A stretch of 64,000 bases of DNA from Akkermansia muciniphila (lineage in GTDB: Bacteria > Verrucomicrobiota > Verrucomicrobiia > Limisphaerales > F1-80-MAGS106): contig CAMBEJ010000003.1 in the NCBI GenBank assembly GCA_945865375.1, forward strand, positions 9,862 through 73,861. The letters are read 5' to 3'. The position numbers and the translations under genes are program-made. How positions within the stretch are numbered: position 1 is the stretch's first letter; every line of letters starts with the position of its first letter. The notes below the pieces were generated by a model. That model worked only from the letters and a program-made list of their open reading frames with translations, had not been told where the DNA came from and ran no database searches. Of the stretch, positions 10,038-18,999 are shown one piece after another.

Positions 10038-11828
10038 TCAACCTGCCCCGCTCTGGTTGCTTTCGAAGAGATGCGGCGCGGAGCGACGTCCCAAATCCCT
10101 GGATCGAGCCAGGATTTCCACATCGGATTCGCAGGCCAACGCAAATGTAGCCAGAGCCTTGGCTTCTTTCATCTTCGATCGCCGGATCAATGCCTTGATT
10201 TCAGGAACGACAGACGGCGTCGCACTCAGTTCGTCCACCCCCAGCCCCAGCAAGAGTAACGTCACGTCCCTGTCTCCCGCCATCTCGCCGCAGACTCCCA
10301 CCCAAATCCCATGCCGGTGCGCCGCTTCCACAGTCTGGTGGATCGCTCGGATGAGGGCTGGATGCGTGGCCTGGTAAAGGTGCGCCACTCGCTCGTTCAT
10401 TCGGTCCACGGCAAGGGTGTACTGGATCAGATCGTTGGTGCCGATACTGAAGAATTTAACCCGTTTGGCGAGGCTGTCTGCGATCGCAACCGCCGATGGG
10501 ACTTCAATCATAATCCCGACCTCGATTTCTGAGGCGTAGGGGATGCTCTTGCTTCGAAGTTCCGCCTGGCATTCAGCCAAAATCTTGTTGGCCTCCTCCA
10601 GTTCCTGAAGGCAGGAGATCATCGGATACATGATCTTGATATTGCCGACCACGCCCGCGCGGAGGATGGCGCGAAGCTGGGAGCGGAACATGCCCTGCTC
10701 CTGAAGACACAAACGAATGCCCCGCCACCCCAAGAAAGGATTGCTCTCGATTGGGTTCTGGATGTGGCTCGGGAATTTATCACCTCCGATATCGAGCGTG
10801 CGGATGATCAGAGCATTGGGCTTTGCGGCTTCAGCAACGCTGCGATAGGCCTCGTACTGCTCTTCCTCCGTTGGCAAGGCGTCGCGGTTGATGAACAGGT
10901 ATTCGGTTCGATACAGCCCGACCCCTTCGGCTCCGCAAGAGTCGATAGAGGGGCCGTCCTCGGGTTGGTCAATGTTTGCTGAAAGCACGACCTTGACGCC
11001 ATCGAGGGTCACAGCCGGCTTATCCCGAAGACCCTGGAGTTTGACATCGAGGCTCGAGTGCCTTTCGACCAGTTGCCCGTATTCAAACAGCGTTTGGTCC
11101 GTCGGGTTCAGAATAACCAGCCCGTTATAGCCGTCCACAACCACGTGGTGGCCGGTTTCGAGGTGCTGGCTCAGGTCCTTAAGCCCAACCACTGCGGGGA
11201 TATGCAGGGAGCGGGCGAGGATGGCCGTATGGGACGTGCGCCCGCCTGTTTCCGTGGCGAATCCGAGCACCATCTTCCTGTCCAACTGAGCTGTGGTGCA
11301 GGGGCTGAGCTCGTGGCTGATAAGAATGCAGGGGTCTTTGAACTGCTTGAGGTGAAGAAGATCGCCCTTCCCTTGCAAGTTGTGAATGACGCGGCTGGTC
11401 ACATCCCGAATGTCAGACGCCCGCTCTCGGAGGTATTCGTCATCCACAGCCCCCAAAGCGGCTGCGTAGCGCTCGGACACCTGATGAAACGCCGCCTCGG
11501 AATTGAGCCGCTTCTGCTGGATGGCACGAACGACTTCGTTGATGAGGGTCTGATCTTCGAGAACCAACAGGTGCGCGTCAAAGATGCTCGCATCCTCCGC
11601 ACCCATGGCTTCCGAGACGTGCCGCTGCACATCCGCGATTTGCAGGCGGGTCTCCACAAGGGCACGCTCCAAGCGATTCACTTGTTCATGCACGCCGTCC
11701 TCTGATACCTCGTAATCTGGAATGGAGCTGGCCAGCCTTCCGAGAAGGAAGACTTTTCCATGGGCGACCCCCGCCGAGACGGCGATGCCTCGGAATACTT
11801 TCTCCCCTGTGCGCGAGGAATCAGGCAT
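10038..11828 (-). CDS. ptsI: Phosphoenolpyruvate-protein phosphotransferase (PTS enzyme I)
   Basis: 596-aa ORF with the phosphohistidine motif GGRTSHTAILARSL, the PEP-utilising motifs FFSIGTNDLIQYTLA and GVCGEMAGD. Confidence 0.92.
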   Translation of the reverse strand: MPDSSRTGEKVFRGIAVSAGVAHGKVFLLGRLASSIPDYEVSEDGVHEQVNRLERALVETRLQIADVQRHVSEAMGAEDASIFDAHLLVLEDQTLINEVVRAIQQKRLNSEAAFHQVSERYAAALGAVDDEYLRERASDIRDVTSRVIHNLQGKGDLLHLKQFKDPCILISHELSPCTTAQLDRKMVLGFATETGGRTSHTAILARSLHIPAVVGLKDLSQHLETGHHVVVDGYNGLVILNPTDQTLFEYGQLVERHSSLDVKLQGLRDKPAVTLDGVKVVLSANIDQPEDGPSIDSCGAEGVGLYRTEYLFINRDALPTEEEQYEAYRSVAEAAKPNALIIRTLDIGGDKFPSHIQNPIESNPFLGWRGIRLCLQEQGMFRSQLRAILRAGVVGNIKIMYPMISCLQELEEANKILAECQAELRSKSIPYASEIEVGIMIEVPSAVAIADSLAKRVKFFSIGTNDLIQYTLAVDRMNERVAHLYQATHPALIRAIHQTVEAAHRHGIWVGVCGEMAGDRDVTLLLLGLGVDELSATPSVVPEIKALIRRSKMKEAKALATFALACESDVEILARSRDLGRRSAPHLFESNQSGAG

Positions 11829-11918
11829 GGCCCGTGTATAATATAAAAAGGAGGCTTATGGAAACGAAATTTGCAATCGTGACGCTTCCAGCCATTCTAA
11901 GAGTCGAAAGAGGCCACA

Positions 11919-12791
11919 TTGCAGACTAAGACACAGACGGCGGGGCACCTTGGGCTGCCTTTGACTTTCCGCAGCATCGCTGCCTATTCGCAAGCTTCGC
12001 CTGCGCGGTGCGCTCTTTGGTATGGGGTCTGGGCTGCGGCTTGCGCGGTGTTATGCGTAGGGGCGATCCACCGCGCATGGATCCCGGGGGTCGAACTGGC
12101 CCTCAGCAGGCTCCCGGAGAAAGTCTCTTTCCGCGACGGCCGCTTGGGGTGGCCCACTCCCCATCCGGTTGTGCTCGCCAACGACCGCTTTCTCTCCCTC
12201 ATCGTGAACCCGGGAGCGGAAACGACGGTGGACCGCTCGGCCGACATTCAAATTGAACTGGGAGTGCGGGAACTCCGATGTCGCTCGCTTTTGGGATGGA
12301 TGGAGTGCCCTTTCCCTGCCTTTCTGGACGGGGATTTCGGTCGCAGCTCCGCTCTCCCTTGGTGGGATGCCTGGAAACCGAGCCTTCTCATGGTTCTGGC
12401 TTTGGTCCTTTGGGTCGCCCTTTTGATCTCCTGGGCGTTGGTTGCGTCCGCTTACACCGGACCCGCGTTTTTATTCGCCCGGATGTTGGGAAAACCCACG
12501 ACGTTGTCACAGGTCTGGCGGAGTTGTGCGGCAGCGTTACTCCCTTCCGGAGCTCTTGTCACTGCGGCAGGAATGGCCTACGCCTGCAACCAAATCACAC
12601 TGCTTCTCCTGGGCGTGTTTTGGCTGGGCCACTGGCTTGTGGGTTGGGTTTACTTGATCGGAGGCATCGTGCGTTTCCCCAAAGCCTCACCTTTGACTGA
12701 TCCAGCTTCTACCCCAGACCCTTTCGCAACGGCGGTTGGCCCCCATCCAATTGAAACCAAAAAGAATCCATTTCATGACTCTCGAAAATGA
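11919..12791 (+). CDS. Hypothetical integral membrane protein
   Basis: 290-aa ORF with a TTG start in the track (start uncertain; no in-frame ATG until well into the ORF). Several hydrophobic helices (LMVLALVLWVALLISWALV; LLLLGVFWLGHWLVGWVYLIGGI). No recognisable family motif. Confidence 0.5.
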   Translation: MQTKTQTAGHLGLPLTFRSIAAYSQASPARCALWYGVWAAACAVLCVGAIHRAWIPGVELALSRLPEKVSFRDGRLGWPTPHPVVLANDRFLSLIVNPGAETTVDRSADIQIELGVRELRCRSLLGWMECPFPAFLDGDFGRSSALPWWDAWKPSLLMVLALVLWVALLISWALVASAYTGPAFLFARMLGKPTTLSQVWRSCAAALLPSGALVTAAGMAYACNQITLLLLGVFWLGHWLVGWVYLIGGIVRFPKASPLTDPASTPDPFATAVGPHPIETKKNPFHDSRK

Positions 12792-12893
12792 TATTAAGAT
12801 TAACGTTAACTTTCACAATCTCCTGATTGTTTTCGAGTGCTTTTTAAAGTCTTGGTTTGACTTTCGCACTCAAATAAAGTAAAAAAAATGAAG

Positions 12894-15785
12894 TTAATTG
12901 AGGTTTTTTGCCTCGGTTTCTTCCAAATCCAGCGTCGATTGTGCATTGTCGGCGCTGGGTTTTTTTATTCGCCAACCGCACCGTGTCATCAGGTTCAGCA
13001 GGGCGGGAAGAAACGTGAGGGCGGCGATCATGCAAGTGGATGTCCCCACCGCCATCACAAAGCCCAGACTGGCGATGCCCTGGTGTTTGGCCAGCAGCAG
13101 ACTGCCGAACCCCGCCACGGTGGTGAGTGCTGAGATCAGCACGGCTTTCCCAGTGCTTTTTGCCAGGATGCTCGGGCTTTGCTCCTCAGCAAAACGGTTC
13201 AGGATATGGATCCCGCTGGTGACACCGATCCCGATCACCAACGGCAGGGTCATGATGTTTGCCGGGTTGAAGTCGATCCCACGCCACCCCATCAACCCCA
13301 CCATCCAAAGAGTGCCGAAACCGACGGGCAGCAGGGAAAGAACCACGCAAGTCAACGTTCTAAAGTGGGTAAAGACCAGGATTGCGATCGCTCCCAGGGC
13401 GTACCAGGCGGCCTTTTCGTAGCTGTCTTTGAGAAGCGTTGTGTATTCGTAGAGTTGAACGGGCGTGCCCGTCACGTCCGGTGCGACGGTCCTGAGTTCC
13501 TTCACGAAGCTCTCCTGTGGTCCTCGACTCCACACATCTTCTTTTGGATAAACCTGGAGAAGATATTTTTGTCCGCTCTTGCCTATAAACCGGTTACGGA
13601 GCGCCGCCGGAAGATCGCGAGCGGTCAGGGCTGAGCGGTTGTCCTGGTTGCGGATGGCGGCGAAGGTCTCGTGAATATCCCTGAAGAGCGCTTGCTGGAA
13701 CAAGCCCATTTTTTGTTCTACCTCCGCCCTCCCCATGGTGCTCATGCGATGCCTCAGATCGCCGAGTGCCGCCTTCAGATCCTTGATCTGCGCCCACAAA
13801 GACTTCAGTTTTTCGACATCCGCCCTCCCTCCTGCTGCATCGGGCTTGGAGCTCGCGGCTTCAATCTCACCCTGGACGGCCTGGGAGGCCAGCCCCAGGT
13901 AACCCTGCAGTGACCACAGCGTTTGGTTGAGTTCTGTGACCTTGGAATCCTCCATGTCGATCTCCGCGAAGTGGATGCTGGAGACTTCTTTGCGGATGGC
14001 ATCAATTAATTCGAGGGGTCTTTTGGAATCCACCTCCAGATACGGTGCCATGGAATCGACGCTGGCCACGGTGGTGAGGTTCGTCAGGCGGGACTGAAAC
14101 GCACGCGCCGCGTCGAGAGAGTCGGCCACCACCGCGCCATAAAGAACCGACTTGCCGGCGCCGAGGATCAGCTTTTTTTCAAACTCCACCGCAGGCAGTC
14201 CTTCAGATTGCATGTGGAGCAAGTTGTAGTCGAAGCCGACTTTGCCCATCTGCAATGCGGCAAGCACGGAAACAGTGAGGGTGGCTCCCATGACGAGGCC
14301 CGGTCTGTCCAGCCACAGTCTTTCCAGTCTCTCGCGTCTGTCGATGCCGGGCAGGGATTGGGTTTTAGGATGGAGCGAGTGGTCGAGCGCGTTCTGCCTG
14401 CCACGCAGAAGGAGCACAGGCAACAAAGTCATCATGGGCACCACGCAAATCAGGAGCCCGCCACCGCAAATGATGCCCATCTCTTGGATTCCCTTGAAGT
14501 CCGTCATCCCCATCGCAAAAAAAGCTCCGGCGGTGGTGAGGCACCCTGTAAAAATCCCTTGCCCGGAATACGTCATGGCTTTTTCAATCGCCTGATGCTC
14601 GCTTCGTCCGCCGCACAGTTCCTCTTCGTAGCGTGATATCAGGTGCACCCCAAAATCGATCGCCAAACCGATCAACATGGGAACGAACGTGATGGTGAGA
14701 ATGTTGAGGTGGCCCACGACGGCGGTGGTGTAGGCCATGGTATAACCGAGCCCTACGATGAGGCACACGGTCGCTTTGATGGGGCGTCCGGTCTCCCTGT
14801 AGGCGAAAACGAACAGCAAAACCACAACGATCAAGGAAACGATCGACGCCAGGATGGAGTCATCCTGAGACTGGGCCATTTCATCCATCTCCAGAACGGG
14901 TTCCCCGGTGACCCCCGCGTTGACGCCTGGAACCTCGGTTTGCACACGGTGTACCAACTCCCGAAGCTTGTGAACCGCTGCTTCGTTTTGGCCCTCCGTG
15001 CGCGCCTTCGCTGAAACCAGGTATATCCGGCCTTCAGCGAACGTGATGTATTTCTGCCTTTCCGCCTCCGCTCCCGCGCCGAACAATGCATCAATCCCAG
15101 GCGACGGAGGGGGCCCCGGCCGCCTTAGCGAAGCCTCCGCCTGCCGAACGATCCGAGCCAGCGCAGGAAAGGCCTTGATCAGCGAGTCGGTCTCCGCGTT
15201 TTGCTCTTTGCGCGCGGAGTAAAAACGGCGGTTCACTAGATCGAAAAGAGACGTGAGATTGGTGGCCTGCGAAAACTGCTCCACAAAAGGGCGGTAGTCC
15301 TTCAAAGTCTGTAACAATTCAGACAGGGTTTCTTCGGGCAAGAAGAGGAGGGCCTTAGGTCCCATCAGCTTGAGGTCACCCTTGTAAAACACTTCCGAAA
15401 AAACATTGGTCTGCTCCTCGAGGCGCTTGCCCAACCGCTCCACAAACTGGCGGTTCTTCTCCATGTCCTCGCTCTCCACGACCGCAATCAGGTCGTCCTG
15501 GCCAGGAAACTCCAGCTTGAATTTTAGGAAATTCTGGTGGTACTGCTTTTCGGCTCCCACCAGATCGTTGCGGCTGGTGCTGAACTCCATCCGCTCCACC
15601 GTGTAAAGGATGGAACAAAGCAGAAGCGCGGCCTGGGGATAAAAAAATAGGCGCGGATACCGAATGATCGACTGCGTCAGCAGGGTCAGGAGCCGGAACG
15701 CGATCGATGGAGAGGCTGCGCCGCCAGGGTCATTCCTGAAAGTCGGCATTCGTGTAAATCTCTTTGACGTCGTCGTGCTCCTCAA
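12894..15785 (-). CDS. MMPL / RND-superfamily exporter (HpnN-like architecture)
   Basis: 963-aa ORF with two 6-TM bundles, each preceded by a large soluble domain, and an SSD-like segment. The start is either 15785 or ATG 15749 (MPTFRNDP); both overlap the 3' end of yebC. Confidence 0.8.
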   Translation of the reverse strand: MRSTTTSKRFTRMPTFRNDPGGAASPSIAFRLLTLLTQSIIRYPRLFFYPQAALLLCSILYTVERMEFSTSRNDLVGAEKQYHQNFLKFKLEFPGQDDLIAVVESEDMEKNRQFVERLGKRLEEQTNVFSEVFYKGDLKLMGPKALLFLPEETLSELLQTLKDYRPFVEQFSQATNLTSLFDLVNRRFYSARKEQNAETDSLIKAFPALARIVRQAEASLRRPGPPPSPGIDALFGAGAEAERQKYITFAEGRIYLVSAKARTEGQNEAAVHKLRELVHRVQTEVPGVNAGVTGEPVLEMDEMAQSQDDSILASIVSLIVVVLLFVFAYRETGRPIKATVCLIVGLGYTMAYTTAVVGHLNILTITFVPMLIGLAIDFGVHLISRYEEELCGGRSEHQAIEKAMTYSGQGIFTGCLTTAGAFFAMGMTDFKGIQEMGIICGGGLLICVVPMMTLLPVLLLRGRQNALDHSLHPKTQSLPGIDRRERLERLWLDRPGLVMGATLTVSVLAALQMGKVGFDYNLLHMQSEGLPAVEFEKKLILGAGKSVLYGAVVADSLDAARAFQSRLTNLTTVASVDSMAPYLEVDSKRPLELIDAIRKEVSSIHFAEIDMEDSKVTELNQTLWSLQGYLGLASQAVQGEIEAASSKPDAAGGRADVEKLKSLWAQIKDLKAALGDLRHRMSTMGRAEVEQKMGLFQQALFRDIHETFAAIRNQDNRSALTARDLPAALRNRFIGKSGQKYLLQVYPKEDVWSRGPQESFVKELRTVAPDVTGTPVQLYEYTTLLKDSYEKAAWYALGAIAILVFTHFRTLTCVVLSLLPVGFGTLWMVGLMGWRGIDFNPANIMTLPLVIGIGVTSGIHILNRFAEEQSPSILAKSTGKAVLISALTTVAGFGSLLLAKHQGIASLGFVMAVGTSTCMIAALTFLPALLNLMTRCGWRIKKPSADNAQSTLDLEETEAKNLN

Positions 15786-16455
15786 AAGCTTCGATGAGTT
15801 TGCTCACCGCCCTTGAGTCGGATGGCCTCACGGGGACCAGGATCTCAGGGATGAACGTGATGGCGGCGGCTTCGCACCGGATGCCCTTCGAATCGATGGC
15901 CTTGTGAACCGCTTCAAAATGAGCGGGATCGGTCAGTATCTCGTAGCCCTCCGGCTCCGCCCTAAAATCTTCGGCGCCTGCCTCCAAAACTATTTCCATC
16001 ACGGCGTCCTCGTCCGCGCTTTGCCGCGCGATGATGATCTGGCCTTTCCGGTGGAACAGCCGTGTCACCGCCCCGGAAGTCGCGATGCTTCCCCCGTTTT
16101 TCGCCAGAATGCTCCGTATCTCGGCGGCCGCGCGGTTCCGGTTGTCGGTGCTCACCTCCCCAAGGATGGCCACCCCATGCGGACCGTAAACCTCGTAGGT
16201 GAGCTCTTCATAACTCGCCTCGTCGCCTCCGCCCGCCCCGCGTTTGACTGCTCTTTCGATGTTGTCGGAAGGCATGTTGGCGTTCCGGCACTTGAGCAGC
16301 ACCATCCGCAGTCGTGGATTTAAGTCCGCATCCGCCCCGCCAATCTTGGCGAGGATGCTGAGTTCTCGGGATAATTTTGCGAAAATACGGGCGCGCTTCG
16401 CATCGATCGCCCCTTTGAAATGCTTGACCTTCGCCCATTTGCTATGTCCGGCCAT
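15730..16455 (-). CDS. yebC: YebC/PmpR family DNA-binding transcriptional regulator
   Basis: 241-aa ORF beginning MAGHSKWAKVKHFKGAIDAKRARIFAKLSRE, the hallmark YebC N-terminus. Confidence 0.93.
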   Translation of the reverse strand: MAGHSKWAKVKHFKGAIDAKRARIFAKLSRELSILAKIGGADADLNPRLRMVLLKCRNANMPSDNIERAVKRGAGGGDEASYEELTYEVYGPHGVAILGEVSTDNRNRAAAEIRSILAKNGGSIATSGAVTRLFHRKGQIIIARQSADEDAVMEIVLEAGAEDFRAEPEGYEILTDPAHFEAVHKAIDSKGIRCEAAAITFIPEILVPVRPSDSRAVSKLIEAFEEHDDVKEIYTNADFQE

Positions 16456-16546
16456 AAAGTCTGTGTTGGTTTGCCAACGCGTTTGTCGACTGAAACGGCG
16501 CCGCTTTCAATCCAAAATCGAAAGTGCCCCTCTGGATCCCACCCAC

Positions 16547-16915
16547 TGAACTCAGTAAAACGACCCTGTTTAGCCTGATGCTCGAGCAACTCCAATTCCC
16601 TGCTCCTAATCGTAATCGTAATCGTAATCGTAATCCACCCCTCTGTTTCAAGGGCAACACCCGAGGATTACGATTACGATTAGATTCTTAAATCCTAAAT
16701 CTCGATGAATTATCTCTCAGATTTTGAACCACAGAGGCACAGAGGCACAGAGAAGAACAAACAATGAAACCAAACTTTTCCTCCTCTCTTTTCCCCCTCT
16801 GTGTCTCTGTGTCTCTGTGGTTCAAATTTCAAATCTGTTTGGCTAGGATTAGGAAAAACGGAGGAATTGGGGTTGCGCGCCCAGATCACGATTTCAACCG
16901 GTTTTCCTGAGGTCT
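16547..16915. mobile_element. MITE-like element, family 2, long compound copy containing two tandem-repeat-stem hairpins
   Basis: Left end TGAACTCAGTAAAACGACCCTG and right end GGTTTTCCTGAGGTCT match the family-2 termini. Flanking ACCCAC occurs on both sides (16541-16546; 16917-22). Contains a (TAATCG)5 hairpin at 16607-16687 and an additional nested hairpin at 16726-16823. Confidence 0.6.
16726..16823 (+). repeat. Tandem-repeat-stem hairpin (unit CACAGAGG), 27-nt arms
   Basis: 5' arm is GAACCACAGAGGCACAGAGGCACAGAG and 3' arm is CTCTGTGTCTCTGTGTCTCTGTGGTTC. 25 of 27 positions are Watson-Crick, and both exceptions are G opposite T on the + strand. The 44-nt loop starts AAGAAC and ends CTCTCTTTTCCCC. 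Confidence 0.85.
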
Positions 16916-16926
16916 GACCCACGCCG

Positions 16927-17001
16927 CGCGGGGCCAGAGGCCCCCGCGACTGGCAGACCTGGAGGTTTGCCCCACTTCGCGGACCAAAATGAGAACTGCT
17001 G
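16927..17001. repeat. Partial copy (one arm) of MITE-like family 3
   Basis: GCGGGGCCAGAGGCCCCCGCGACTGGCAGACCTGGAGGTTTGCCCCACTTCGCGGACCAAAATGAGAACTGCTG aligns with the reverse complement of 21660-21733. Confidence 0.6.
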
Positions 17002-17045
17002 CCATCCGAGTTGCAATTCTTGGCGCGTGTTCCCAAAGTCCGTCC

Positions 17046-17765
17046 ATGGCTAATTTGGTGTTTGATATCGAGACGACGGCGCTGCCGCTGGATTCGTTTG
17101 ATGAGGTTCAACTGGAATACCTCTTCCGGGAAGCCTCGAAACTTCCGGACGCGACCGCGCAGGAGGCCCGCCGTGCCCAAATCGAGGACCAGTTCAGCTT
17201 GTGGCCGTTGACGGGTCAGGTGGTTTGCCTGGCGATGTTGAACGCCGACACCGGCCGTGGCCAGGTGCTGTTTGTCGCGGAGGATTACGAGCCCGGAGAA
17301 ACGGAGAATGCCTCGGTGGAGTTCGTGGCTTGCGTGGACGAAACCGAAGCGCTGACCGCCTTTTGGGACATTGCAAAACATTACGAGACCATCACCACGT
17401 TCAACGGGCGAGGATTCGATGTGCCGTTTCTGTATTTGAGATCAGCGGTTCTCAACGTGCCCATCACTCGTAAGGATTGGCTCGGCTACAGATTTCAGAC
17501 CCAGCCCCACTGTGACCTCGCGGAACAGTTCTCTTTTTATGGAGTGAGTGGCCGGGACGGGGCTGCGCGGCGCTACAATCTCGACTTTTATTGCAAGGCT
17601 TTCGGCATTGCGTCGCCGAAAACTCAGGGGATCACGGGGCATAACGTCAAGGACATGATTGCCGCCGGAATGCACCGGGAGGTTGCGGAATACTGTCTTC
17701 GCGATGTCAGGGCAACTGTGGAACTCCATCGAGTCTGGCGTGACCGGCTTTCGGGGATCAAATGA
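17046..17765 (+). CDS. RNase H-like 3'-5' exonuclease (PolB-exonuclease-like family)
   Basis: ORF track 16989..17765, but its first 19 codons lie in the repeat. The likely start is ATG 17046 (MANLVFDIETTALP, ExoI DxE motif). Later motifs are TFNGRGFDVPFLYLRS and YCLRDVRAT. Confidence 0.75.
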   Translation: MANLVFDIETTALPLDSFDEVQLEYLFREASKLPDATAQEARRAQIEDQFSLWPLTGQVVCLAMLNADTGRGQVLFVAEDYEPGETENASVEFVACVDETEALTAFWDIAKHYETITTFNGRGFDVPFLYLRSAVLNVPITRKDWLGYRFQTQPHCDLAEQFSFYGVSGRDGAARRYNLDFYCKAFGIASPKTQGITGHNVKDMIAAGMHREVAEYCLRDVRATVELHRVWRDRLSGIK

Positions 17766-18946
17766 AACTATCGGCTCATCGGTTCTTCCTGATGATGCTG
17801 GCCTGCGCCGCCATCGGTGCCCTTGGGTTTGGTGTCGCCCGGTCGCTGGAGCCCGATTTTGAAGGCAGACCTTTGCGGCTTTGGATCCACGATCTACACG
17901 CCTCGGACACGCGGGTCCGAGACCGGGCAATCGAGGCGGTTTGTGCCATCGGAAAACCAGCGGTCCCCGCGCTCATGGTGCGGCTGAGACGGACGGATTC
18001 CGTGGCTGACACTGCCGTGACTTGGGCGCGGGCGCGGGGGCCGGAATGGGTCCAGCGGCGATTCCAAAGCTGGTTGATCTCCTCCCAAATCAGGGCTGTG
18101 GCCGCGCTGGCGTTGCGCCGGATGGGCCCGGATGCCGAGCAGGCGGCACCACAGTTGATTTGGGCTCTGGGCGATGGCGACACGTCAGTGGCCCGCCTCG
18201 CGGAATATGCCCTGGGCACCATTGGCGCGCCAGCCGTGCCGGAACTTTCACAAGCCGTTGCGGGCCCACACAGGAGCCGTCGCATAGCAGCCTTGAGAAT
18301 CCTCTCGCAGCTAGGTCGCGCGGCGGAGGCTTCCGTTCCCGCAGTGAGATCCGCTCTCCACGATTCCGACCCTCGCATTCGATTGCGCGCCGCCGAGGCT
18401 GTTTGGAGAATCCTCGGAGACGCGGGGTCCGCAACGCCTGCTTTGCTGCATTTAGCCCAGTCCGGGGATCCCACGATGCAGCGCGAGGCTCTGGCTGTCC
18501 TGGTCACCATCGGGCCCGCAGCGCATGACGCGGTCGAAGTGCTGGAGGGTCTGGCATCCTCTCCGAATCACTACGTTCGAATGAAAGCGGCGGAGGCGGT
18601 CGCAGCGATCAGCGGAGACGCCCGCGCCGCCATCAGAGCCTATCAGGACGCTCTGAAACATTCGGACACAAACATTCGCTGGCACGCGGTAGCCGGTTTG
18701 GAACGTCTTTTGTCGGTGGCTCGAACCATTCTCCCATCGCTTATCAAAGCCACAGAGGATTCCGACCGCTATGTGCGCGCCGCAGCGGTGACACTCCTGG
18801 GAAAGATGGGGCGGGATGCTGAGCCCGCCGTGCCCGCACTCAGGGTTGCCGTTGCCGACGCCGACACGTTGGTCCAGTCCAGCGCGGCAGAATCGTTGTG
18901 GAGGATCGACCCTCTCCACAACCCCGCCCCACGCGCCATCGAATGA
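17762..18946 (+). CDS. HEAT-repeat (PBS-lyase HEAT-like) protein with N-terminal membrane anchor/signal
   Basis: 394-aa ORF. Its ATG overlaps the upstream stop (ATGA at 17762-17765). Repeated units of the form D.D..VR..AA.ALG.IG..A..A.P.L...L. Confidence 0.75.
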   Translation: MKLSAHRFFLMMLACAAIGALGFGVARSLEPDFEGRPLRLWIHDLHASDTRVRDRAIEAVCAIGKPAVPALMVRLRRTDSVADTAVTWARARGPEWVQRRFQSWLISSQIRAVAALALRRMGPDAEQAAPQLIWALGDGDTSVARLAEYALGTIGAPAVPELSQAVAGPHRSRRIAALRILSQLGRAAEASVPAVRSALHDSDPRIRLRAAEAVWRILGDAGSATPALLHLAQSGDPTMQREALAVLVTIGPAAHDAVEVLEGLASSPNHYVRMKAAEAVAAISGDARAAIRAYQDALKHSDTNIRWHAVAGLERLLSVARTILPSLIKATEDSDRYVRAAAVTLLGKMGRDAEPAVPALRVAVADADTLVQSSAAESLWRIDPLHNPAPRAIE

Positions 18947-18999
18947 ACCCATAACATTCATTGACTAGGCTGGAGAAGATGTAGGACCGTCGAGACCCC

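Noticed and set aside
6664-10041. Minus-strand ORFs 6664..7719 (351 aa) and 8893..10041 (382 aa).
   Set aside because: They are antisense to the RND permease gene, whose AcrB-type motifs are unambiguous. Their composition is Arg/Gly/His-rich with no motifs.
12792-12893. AT-rich palindromes (TTAACGTTAAC; GAGTGC...GCACTC) between the convergent genes, as a bidirectional intrinsic terminator.
   Set aside because: A stem can be drawn, but neither strand has a T-tract immediately 3' of it; the + strand is followed by an A-run. Support is therefore insufficient.
16710-17381. 223-aa minus-strand ORF spanning the 16.7-17.4 kb region.
   Set aside because: Its C-terminal part is a translation of the repeat hairpin (QRHRDTEGEK...LCLCGSK) and the rest is antisense to the well-supported exonuclease gene. 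It is an artefact of repeats plus high GC.
17776-18510. 244-aa minus-strand ORF antisense to the HEAT-repeat gene, and 23634..24347 (237 aa), an alternative frame within the GT4 gene.
   Set aside because: Both overlap better-supported genes with clear repeat or GT-B motifs. Their translations are Arg/Ser/Ala-rich low-complexity sequence.
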